Positions 10,005 to 17,705 of a stretch of DNA of 64,000 bases are shown in pieces. Position 1 is the stretch's first letter, and each line of letters opens with the position of its first letter. Source of the DNA: Spirochaetia bacterium (lineage in GTDB: Bacteria; Spirochaetota; Spirochaetia; SZUA-6; Bin103). Made by a program: the position numbers and the translations under genes. The notes under the pieces were generated by a model. It was not told where the DNA came from and ran no database searches. It worked only from the letters and a program-made list of their open reading frames with translations. The stretch is from contig CBDBOV010000006.1 in the NCBI GenBank assembly GCA_965208575.1, forward strand, positions 1,408,001 through 1,472,000. Direction: 5' to 3'.

Positions 10005-11234
10005 ATGGTCCCAGGCTCCGCGCCCGCGGGCGGGCGTCGCCGGTCAGCTCGCGCAGCCCGAGTGCACGCCGCGGCCGCGTTGGGCCTGTTCCTTCTCCTC
10101 GCGCTCACCGGGTGTAGTCGGGCTTCCGGAGCCGCCGGCACGGAGGAGAGTCGGCAAGAACCCGTAATAACCATCGCCGCGGCGGTGGACTCCATGACTG
10201 CCGACGGCCCGCTGCAGTTCCTGGTGCACGCCGCTCCCGCCCCGCGCGCCGCCCTCACCGTCCGCGTCTCCATTGCGGCCGACTCCTGCACCCTCACCCG
10301 AACGTCGGATACGGTGACCATCGCCGCGGGTGAGTCACGCGCCTCCCTCACGGTGGAAACGAGCGGCGTAGCGGTGGGCGCCGGGCGCTGCGTCGTCACC
10401 GCCGCCATCGCGGCCGGCGACGGCTACCGCGCAGGCGCCGCCGAGGCGTCGGCGAGCGCGACCCTGATGCCGGTGCCGCCGGTGGTAACCATCGCGGCGG
10501 GCGACGGCCCGGTGACCGAAGGCGACCCGGTAACGTTCACGCTGACCGCGGCGCCGCCGCCGGCCACACCCCTGGCGGTCGACGTGAGCTGGGAGGAGTC
10601 CGGCTCGTTCCTGACCCCGAGCCGTCCGCAGACGCTCACCATCCCCGCCTCCGGGACCGCCCCGCTCACGGCGGCCACCATCGACGACGGCGCCGACGAG
10701 CCTAATGGCTCGGTGACGGCCACCGTAGCCGCCGGCAGCGGCTACACCGTCGGCCGGGCAGACACGGCCACCGTCGAGGTCACCGACAACGACCCTTCAG
10801 CGCCGTCGACGCCAAGGCCAAGGGGTCCGGTGGTGACCTGCACGGTTGCCGCCACGTTTGTGTGCGAGGGCGCCGACGCGGTGTGGACGCTGCAGGTGAC
10901 CCCGGCACCCGCGTCCTCACTGACGGTCCGTATCAGTCTGACGTACGCTGGAAGACTCTGGTGGCGCCAGCTCCCATCACCTCTCCCGCGTGCCGGCACG
11001 GTCACGATCTCCAGCACCTCCGGGAGGGGCACGTATAGAATGGCCACCGTCGACAACGACGTCAGAAACGATATAGCCCTGATACATCTTGCGGTCGAGC
11101 AGGTCGAGGGCTACGTACCGCCGCCCAGCGGATATGCAGGTGTGACAGTAATGGTTGTGGACAACGAAACGCCTAGCCGTCACTGCCCGACTTCGGCGGC
11201 GGTTCAGGGCGCTTACCCACCCGGCGGGGACTAG
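10005..11234 (+). CDS. Array lipoprotein 1: lipobox + two Calx-beta/Ig-like stalk domains + variable tip domain
   Basis: SD AAGGAG; lipobox LALTGC; VTEGDPVTFTLT...TIDDGADEPNGSVT...VTDND Calx-beta-like motifs. Confidence 0.85.
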   Translation: MVPGSAPAGGRRRSARAARVHAAAALGLFLLLALTGCSRASGAAGTEESRQEPVITIAAAVDSMTADGPLQFLVHAAPAPRAALTVRVSIAADSCTLTRTSDTVTIAAGESRASLTVETSGVAVGAGRCVVTAAIAAGDGYRAGAAEASASATLMPVPPVVTIAAGDGPVTEGDPVTFTLTAAPPPATPLAVDVSWEESGSFLTPSRPQTLTIPASGTAPLTAATIDDGADEPNGSVTATVAAGSGYTVGRADTATVEVTDNDPSAPSTPRPRGPVVTCTVAATFVCEGADAVWTLQVTPAPASSLTVRISLTYAGRLWWRQLPSPLPRAGTVTISSTSGRGTYRMATVDNDVRNDIALIHLAVEQVEGYVPPPSGYAGVTVMVVDNETPSRHCPTSAAVQGAYPPGGD

Positions 11235-11337
11235 GGCGCCCGATGCGCGTGCGGCGCCCAAGCGTGCCGCCGGACGCAAGGCCGTGCGGGTCCGCGCGAT
11301 CGATGCCCTCGACCGACCACGCATCGCGGCGCGTGCG

Positions 11338-11455
11338 GCGCCGACCTGGCGTTCCGGGGCCGGCACTACGCGGCGACGAAGGCGCCGAACTGACCCCGCT
11401 TGGCCCCCGCGTCGGCGCATCCCTCACCGCCACCCTCGGTTCGGGCCGGTTCTGA
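11338..11455 (+). repeat. Internally deleted copy of the 3' end of the beta-barrel gene (8355-9878)
   Basis: Matches 9601-9637 joined to 9798-9878. Confidence 0.92.
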
Positions 11456-11580
11456 CCCCCGACAGTGAGATAAATGCGGAAATTGATACGGAACAGAGAT
11501 CGACAGATTGTTGATGTACGTAGTATATAGATTCAATCGGCTGCCGCTCCTTACCATTCCGAGCCATGAAGGAGTTGTTC

Positions 11581-12825
11581 ATGATCTCAGGCTCCGCGCC
11601 GGCGGGCCGGCATCGGCGGTTAGCTCTCGCAGCCCGAGTGCAGGCCGCGCCCGCGTTCGGCCTGCTCCTTCTCCTCGCGCTCGCGGGGTGTAGTCGGGCT
11701 TCCGGAGCCGCCGGCACGGAGGAGGCCACCCCTGAGAGTCGGCAACCCGTCGTAACCATCGCCGCGGCGGTGGACTCCATGGCTGCCGAGGGGCGGCTGC
11801 AGTTCCTGGTGCACGCCGCTCCCGCCCCGCGGGCCGACCTCACCGTCCGCGTCTCCATCGCGTCCGACCCCTGCAGCCTCACCAGGACGTCGGATACGGT
11901 GACCATCGCCGCGGGTGAGTCACGCGCCGCCCTGACGGTAGAAACGGGCGCCGTAGCGGTGGGCGCCGGGGGCTGCGCCGTCACCGCCACCATCGCGGCC
12001 GGCGACGGCTACCGCGCCGGCGCCGCCGCCAAAACGTCGGCGAGCGCGACCCTCATGCCGGTGCCGCCGGTGGTAACGATCGCGGCGGGCGACAGCCCGG
12101 TGACCGAGGGCGACCCGGTAACGTTCACGCTGACCGCGGCGCCGCCGCCCGCCTCACCCCTGGCGGTCGACGTGAGCTGGGCGGAGTCCGGCAAGTTCCT
12201 GACCCCGAGCCGTCCGCAGACGCTCACCATCCCCGCCACCGGGACCGCAACGCTCACGGCGGCCACCATCGACGACGGCGCCGACGAGCCGGACGGCTCG
12301 GTGACGGCCACCGTAGCCGCCGGCAGCGGCTACACCGTCGGCCGGGCAGACTCGGCCACCGTCGAGGTCACCGACAACGACCCCCCAGCGCGGTCGACTC
12401 CAAGGCCAAGGGTGCCGATGGTGATCGTCACGGTTGACGCCGCGCATGTGTGCGAGGGCGCCGACGCGGTGTGGACGCTGTTCGCGATCCCGGCACCCGC
12501 GTCCTCACTGACGGTCCGTATCAGTCTGAGGTACGCTGGGAGTCTCTGGGGGCACCTGCTCCCATCACCCCTCCCGCGTACCGGCACGGTCTCGATCTCC
12601 AGCACCACCGGGAGGGGCACGTATAGAATGCCCACCATCGACAACGACGTCAGCAGCGATTTAGCCCTGATATATCTTAAGGTCGAGCAGGGCGAGGGCT
12701 ACGTACCGCCGCCCATCGGGAGCAGATATGCAGGTGCCAGAATAGTCGTTTGGGGCAACGGAACGCCTCGCCGCTGCCCGACTTCGGCGGCGGGCCAGGG
12801 CGCTTACCCACCCGGTGGGGACTAG
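11581..12825 (+). CDS. Array lipoprotein 2
   Basis: SD AAGGAG; lipobox LALAGC; same architecture as unit 1 with divergent tip. Confidence 0.85.
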   Translation: MISGSAPAGRHRRLALAARVQAAPAFGLLLLLALAGCSRASGAAGTEEATPESRQPVVTIAAAVDSMAAEGRLQFLVHAAPAPRADLTVRVSIASDPCSLTRTSDTVTIAAGESRAALTVETGAVAVGAGGCAVTATIAAGDGYRAGAAAKTSASATLMPVPPVVTIAAGDSPVTEGDPVTFTLTAAPPPASPLAVDVSWAESGKFLTPSRPQTLTIPATGTATLTAATIDDGADEPDGSVTATVAAGSGYTVGRADSATVEVTDNDPPARSTPRPRVPMVIVTVDAAHVCEGADAVWTLFAIPAPASSLTVRISLRYAGSLWGHLLPSPLPRTGTVSISSTTGRGTYRMPTIDNDVSSDLALIYLKVEQGEGYVPPPIGSRYAGARIVVWGNGTPRRCPTSAAGQGAYPPGGD

Positions 12826-12930
12826 GGCACGCCCGGTGCGCGTGCGGCGCCCAAGCGTGCCGCCGGACGCAAGGCCGTGCGGTTCCGCGCGATCAATACC
12901 CTCGACCGACCACGCATCGCGGCGCGTGCG

Positions 12931-13045
12931 GCGCCGTCCTGGCGTTCCGGGGCCGGCACTACGCGGCGACGAAGGCGCCGAAATGACCCCGCTCGGCCCT
13001 CGCGTCGGCGCCTCCCTCAGCGCCACCCTCGGCTCCGGCCGGTTC
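12931..13045 (+). repeat. Second internally deleted copy of the beta-barrel gene 3' end
   Basis: Same 9601-9637/9798-9875 junction; the TGA is mutated. Confidence 0.9.
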
Positions 13046-13173
13046 CGGCCGCCCGACGGTGAGATGAATGCGGAGATGATACGGAACAGAGATCGACAGA
13101 TTGTTGATATATGTAGTATCTATATTCAATCGGCCGCCGCTCCTCACCATTCCGAGCCGTGAGGGAGTTGTTC

Positions 13174-14757
13174 ATGACCCCAGGTTCCTCGCCGGCGGGC
13201 CGGCATCGCCGGTCAGCTCGTGCAGCCCGAGTGCAGGCCGCGGCTGCGTTTGGCCTGCTTCTGTTCCTCGCGCTCGCGGGGTGTAGTCGGGCTTCCGGAG
13301 CCGCCGGCACGGAGGAGGCCACCCCTGAGAGTCGGCAACCCGTCGTAACCATCGCCGCGGCGGTGGACTCCATGGCTGCCGAGGGGCGGCTGCAGTTCCT
13401 GGTGCACGCCGCTCCCGCCCCGCGGGCCGCCCTAACCGTCCGCGTCTCCATCGCGGCCGACTCCTGCACCCTCACCCGAACGTCGGATACGGTGACCATC
13501 GCCGCGGGTGAGTCACGCGCCACCCTCACGGTAGAAACGGGCGCCGTAGCGGTGGGCGCCGGGGGCTGCGCCGTCACCGCCACCATCGCGGCCGGCGACG
13601 GCTACCGCGCAGGGGCCGCCAAGGCGTCGGCGAGCGCGAACCTCATGCCGGTGCCGCCGGTGGTAACCATCGCGGCGGGCGACAGCCCGGTGACCGAAGG
13701 CCACCCGGTAACGTTCACGCTGACCGCGGCGCCGCCGCCGGCCTCCCCCCTGACCGTCGACGTAGAGTGGGAGGAGTCCGACTCGTTCCTGACCCCGAGC
13801 CCTCCGCAGACGGTCACCATCCCCGCCACCGGGACCGCCACGCTCACGGCGGACACCGACGACGACGGTACCGACGAGCCGGACGGCTCGGTGACGGCCA
13901 CCGTAGCCGCCGGCAGCGGCTACACCGTCGGCCGGGCAGACACGGCCACCGTCGAGGTCACCGACAACGACCCGCCAGCGCGGTCGACTCCAGGGCCAAG
14001 GGTGCCGGTGGTGTTCGTCACGGTTAACGCCACGCATGTGTGCGAGGGCGCCGACGCGGTGTGGACGCTGTTCGCGGTCCCGGCACCCACGTCGACACTG
14101 ATGGTCCGTATCAGTCTGTCGTACTCGGGAAGTCGCTGGGAGCAACTGGTCCCATCACCCATCCCGCGTGCCGGCACGGTCTCGATCTCCAGCACCACCG
14201 GGAGGGGCACGTATAGAATGACCACCGTCGATAACGACGTCGGCAGCGACATAGCCCTTTTATTCCTTACGGTCGAGCGGGGCGAGGGCTACCTACCGCC
14301 GCCCAGCGGGAGCAGATACGCAGGTGGCAGATATGTAGGTGTGAAAATAATCGCTTGGGACAACGAATCGCCTAGCCGGCACTGTCCGGCGGTAACCATC
14401 GCGGCGGGCGCCAGCCCGGTGACCGAAGGCAACCCGGTGACGTTCACGCTGACCGCGGCGGCGCCGCCGGCCTCCTCCCTGACGGTCGACGTGGGCTGGG
14501 AGGAGTCCGGCTCGTTCCTGACCCCGAGCCCTCCGCAGACGGTCACCATCCCCGCATCCGGGACAGCCACGCTCACGGCGGACACCGTCGACGACGGTAC
14601 CGACGAGACGGACGGCTCGGTGACGGCAACCGTCGCGACCGGCAGTGGCTACACCGTCGGCTCGACAGACTCGGCCACCGTCGAGGTCACCGACAACGAC
14701 CCGTCCAGCGCCGTCGACTCCAGGGCCAAGGGTTCCGGTGGTGACCGTCGAGGCTGA
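13174..14757 (+). CDS. Array lipoprotein 3, with an extra stalk domain after the tip and a frameshifted tail
   Basis: Lipobox LALAGC; third Calx-beta-like repeat at ~14389-14700; extra T at ~14704 shifts the frame relative to the paralogues. Confidence 0.8.
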   Translation: MTPGSSPAGRHRRSARAARVQAAAAFGLLLFLALAGCSRASGAAGTEEATPESRQPVVTIAAAVDSMAAEGRLQFLVHAAPAPRAALTVRVSIAADSCTLTRTSDTVTIAAGESRATLTVETGAVAVGAGGCAVTATIAAGDGYRAGAAKASASANLMPVPPVVTIAAGDSPVTEGHPVTFTLTAAPPPASPLTVDVEWEESDSFLTPSPPQTVTIPATGTATLTADTDDDGTDEPDGSVTATVAAGSGYTVGRADTATVEVTDNDPPARSTPGPRVPVVFVTVNATHVCEGADAVWTLFAVPAPTSTLMVRISLSYSGSRWEQLVPSPIPRAGTVSISSTTGRGTYRMTTVDNDVGSDIALLFLTVERGEGYLPPPSGSRYAGGRYVGVKIIAWDNESPSRHCPAVTIAAGASPVTEGNPVTFTLTAAAPPASSLTVDVGWEESGSFLTPSPPQTVTIPASGTATLTADTVDDGTDETDGSVTATVATGSGYTVGSTDSATVEVTDNDPSSAVDSRAKGSGGDRRG

Positions 14758-14779
14758 AGCCACGCATGTGGTGCCGCCG

Positions 14780-15946
14780 ATGTCCAGGTCAGCCCGCGCA
14801 GCCCGAGTGCAGGCCGCGGCCGCGTTGAGCCTGCTCCTCGCGCTCGCGGGGTGTAGTCGGGCTTCCGGAGTCGCCGGCACGGAGGCCGCCCCCGAGAGCC
14901 CGCAAGAACCGGTCGTGACCATCGCCACGGCGGTGGACTCCGTGACTGCCGACGAGCCGCTGCAGTTCCTGGTGCACGTCCCTCCCGCCCCGCGGGCCGA
15001 CCTCACCGTCCGCGTCTCCATCGCGTCCGACCCCTGCACCCTCACCAGGACGTCGGATACGGTGACCATCGCCGCGGGTGAGTCACGCGCCACCCTGACG
15101 GTAGAAACGGGCGGCGCAGCGGTGGGGGCCGGGGGCTGCGTCGTCACCGCCACCATCGCGGCCGGCGACGGCTACCGCGCCGGCGCCGCCGCCAAGGCGT
15201 CGGCGAGCGCGACCCTCATGCCGATGCCGCCGGTGGTAACGATCGCGGCGGGCGACGGCCCGGTGACCGAAGGCGACCCGGTAACGTTCACGCTGACCGC
15301 GGCGCCGCCGCCGGCCTCCCCCCTGACCGTCGACGTAGAGTGGGAGGAGTCCGACTCGTTCCTGACCCCGAGCCCTCCGCAGACGGTCACCATCCCCGCC
15401 ACCGGGACCGCAACGCTCACGGCGGACACCGACGACGACGGTACCGACGAGCCGGACGGCTCGGTGACGGCCACCGTAGCCGCCGGCAGCGGCTACACCG
15501 TCGGCCGGGCAGACTCGGCCACCGTCGAGGTCACCGACAACGACCCGCCAGCGCCGTCGACTCCAAGGCCAAGGGTTCCGGCGGTGACCGCCACGGCTGA
15601 CGCCAGGGACGTGTGCGAGGGCGACGCCGCGGTGTGGACGCTGACCGCGACCCCGGCACCCGCGTCCGCACTGTCCGTCCATGTCAGTCTGTTCTACTCC
15701 GCACTTTACCCCGGATCGTTCAGGCAGCTCCCATCACCCCGCCCGGTCACGATTTCCACCGCCGGGACGGGCACGTATAGTTTCGCCACCGTCGACAACG
15801 ACACCCGCGGGGAGAGACAATATCTCTCTCTCAGGGTCGATCCCGGCGCCGGCTACGTACCAGGGCCCGATACGAGGCCCATTGGGCGCCGATTTATCGG
15901 TGTGAGAATCGTCGTTAATGACAACGATGAGTTTCCCTGCCCGTAG
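14780..15946 (+). CDS. Array lipoprotein 4 (lacks the conserved leader)
   Basis: MSRSARAARVQAAAALSLLLALAGC lipoprotein signal; same stalk; tip of the second subfamily; start codon uncertain. Confidence 0.75.
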   Translation: MSRSARAARVQAAAALSLLLALAGCSRASGVAGTEAAPESPQEPVVTIATAVDSVTADEPLQFLVHVPPAPRADLTVRVSIASDPCTLTRTSDTVTIAAGESRATLTVETGGAAVGAGGCVVTATIAAGDGYRAGAAAKASASATLMPMPPVVTIAAGDGPVTEGDPVTFTLTAAPPPASPLTVDVEWEESDSFLTPSPPQTVTIPATGTATLTADTDDDGTDEPDGSVTATVAAGSGYTVGRADSATVEVTDNDPPAPSTPRPRVPAVTATADARDVCEGDAAVWTLTATPAPASALSVHVSLFYSALYPGSFRQLPSPRPVTISTAGTGTYSFATVDNDTRGERQYLSLRVDPGAGYVPGPDTRPIGRRFIGVRIVVNDNDEFPCP

Positions 15947-16092
15947 TCGGCGGCGACCTATGGCGCTTTCGCACCCGGCGGGGACTAGGGCACGTCCGGT
16001 GCGGTGCGGCGCGCAAGCGTGCCGCGGGAGGCAAGGCCGTGCGGTTCCGCGCGATCGATACCCTCGACCGACCACGCATCGCGGCGCGGGCG

Positions 16093-16210
16093 GCGCCGAC
16101 CTGGCGTTCCGGGGCCGGCACTACGCGGCGACGAAGGCGCCGAAATGACGCCGCCCGGCCCCCGCGTCGGCGCCTCCCTCACCGCCACCCTCGGCTCGGG
16201 CCGGTTCTGA
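16093..16210 (+). repeat. Third internally deleted copy of the beta-barrel gene 3' end
   Basis: Same junction, ends GGCCGGTTCTGA. Confidence 0.92.
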
Positions 16211-16335
16211 CCCCCGACAGTGAGATAAATGCGGAAATTGATACGGAACAGAGATCGACAGATTGTTGATGTACGTAGTATGTAGATTCAATCGGCTGCC
16301 GCTCCTTACCATTCCGAGCCATGAAGGAGTTATTC

Positions 16336-17631
16336 ATGATCTCTGGTTCCGCGCCGGCGGGCCGGCAACGCAATAGCCGGTCAACTCTCGCAGCCCGAGT
16401 GCAGGCCGCGGCCGCGTTGAGCCTGCTCCTCGCGCTCGCGGGGTGTAGTCGGGCTTCCGGAGCCGCCGGCACGGAGGCCGCCCCCGAGAGCCCGCAAGAA
16501 CCGGTAGTGACCATCGCCACAGCGGTGGACTCCGTGACTGCCGGCGAGTCGCTGCAGTTCCTGGTGCACGCCGCTCCCGCCCCGCGCGCCGACCTCACCG
16601 TCCGCGTCTCCATCGCGTCCGACTCCTGCACCCTCACCAGGTCGTCGGATACGGTGACCATCGTCGCGGGTGAGTCACGCGCCACCCTGACGGTAGAAAC
16701 GGGCGCCGCAGCGGTGGGGGCCGGGGGCTGCGTCGTCACCGCCACCATCGCGGCCGGCGACGGCTACCGCACGGGCGCCGCCAAGGCGTCGGCGAGCGCG
16801 ACCCTCATGCCGGTGCAGCCGGTGGTAACCATCGCGGCGGGCGACGGCCCGGTGACCGAAGGCGACCCGGTAACGTTCACGCTGACCGCGGCGCCGCCGC
16901 CGGCCTCCCCCCTGACCGTCGACGTAGAGTGGGAGGAGTCCGACTCGTTCCTGACCCCGAGCCCTCCGCAGACGGTCACCATCCCCGCCACCGGGACCGC
17001 AACGCTCACGGCGGACACCGACGACGACGGTACCGACGAGCCGGACGGCTCGGTGACGGCCACCGTAGTCGCCGGCAGCGGCTACACCGTCGGCCGGGCA
17101 GACGCGGCCACCGTCGAGGTCACCGACAACGACCCTCCAGCGCCGTCGACTCCAAGGCCAAGGGTGCCGGTGGTGACCGCCAGGGCTGTCGCCAGGCAGA
17201 TATGCGAGGGCGCCGACGCGGTGTGGAAGCTGACCGCGACCCCGGCACCCGCGTCCGCACTGTCCGTCAATGTCAGTCTGTTCTACGAAGCACTTTGGCC
17301 CGGATCGTTCAGGCAGCTCCCATCACGCCCGGTCTCGATCTCCAGCGCCGGGACGGGCCGGTATAGTATGGCCACCGTCGACAACCACTCCCGCGACATT
17401 CACCAATACCTATTTCTCAGGGTCGATCCCGGCGCCGGCTACGTAGCAGGGCCCGTTACGAGCCCCGTTTGGCGCCGATTAGTATTAATCGTCGTTTTGG
17501 ACGCGGACGCACTGGCGTGCGGTTCCGCACGGCATGAGCCTGAACGGACGGATCCGCCAGATGCTCGAACAGAGCGTGTCAGGCCGACAGGTCCAGAACA
17601 CCTGAAGCGGTTCAAGACCGCGAAACCGTAA
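16336..17631 (+). CDS. Array lipoprotein 5 (C-terminus runs into spacer-derived and unique sequence)
   Basis: SD AAGGAG; lipobox LALAGC; tip related to unit 4. Confidence 0.83.
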   Translation: MISGSAPAGRQRNSRSTLAARVQAAAALSLLLALAGCSRASGAAGTEAAPESPQEPVVTIATAVDSVTAGESLQFLVHAAPAPRADLTVRVSIASDSCTLTRSSDTVTIVAGESRATLTVETGAAAVGAGGCVVTATIAAGDGYRTGAAKASASATLMPVQPVVTIAAGDGPVTEGDPVTFTLTAAPPPASPLTVDVEWEESDSFLTPSPPQTVTIPATGTATLTADTDDDGTDEPDGSVTATVVAGSGYTVGRADAATVEVTDNDPPAPSTPRPRVPVVTARAVARQICEGADAVWKLTATPAPASALSVNVSLFYEALWPGSFRQLPSRPVSISSAGTGRYSMATVDNHSRDIHQYLFLRVDPGAGYVAGPVTSPVWRRLVLIVVLDADALACGSARHEPERTDPPDARTERVRPTGPEHLKRFKTAKP

Positions 17632-17668
17632 ATCAAGGTAATCAAAAAGGGCTTCGTTCACTCGTTTC

Positions 17669-17698
17669 TTGACATCCTCAGTGAATGAAAATGACGAT
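17669..17698 (+). promoter_or_regulatory. Possible sigma70-type promoter for the Fic gene
   Basis: Perfect TTGACA at 17669-17674 and weak -10 GACGAT at 17693-17698, 7 nt before ATG 17706 (would imply a leaderless mRNA). Confidence 0.35.
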
Positions 17699-17705
17699 GA
17701 CTGTC

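Larger units (their letters stand above)
9879..17529 (+). repeat. Tandem array of five ~1.6 kb paralogous lipoprotein gene units
   Basis: Near-identical DNA recurs with ATGs at 10005, 11581, 13174, 14780, 16336 (spacings 1576, 1593, 1606, 1556 bp). Confidence 0.97.

Noticed and set aside
11243-11455. Small spacer ORFs ending ...GPRVGASLTATLGSGRF (also 12815-13162, 16004-16210)
   Set aside because: They are read-throughs of the duplicated barrel 3' fragment, without SD or consistent start.
9879-17529. Array as CRISPR or integron cassette array
   Set aside because: Units are ~1.6 kb paralogous genes, not short repeat-spacer units; no cas genes, no integron integrase and no convincing attC (RYYYAAC...GTTRRRY) sites seen.
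9879-17631. Complete diversity-generating retroelement
   Set aside because: No reverse transcriptase, accessory gene or non-coding template repeat in the window; kept only as a testable hypothesis.
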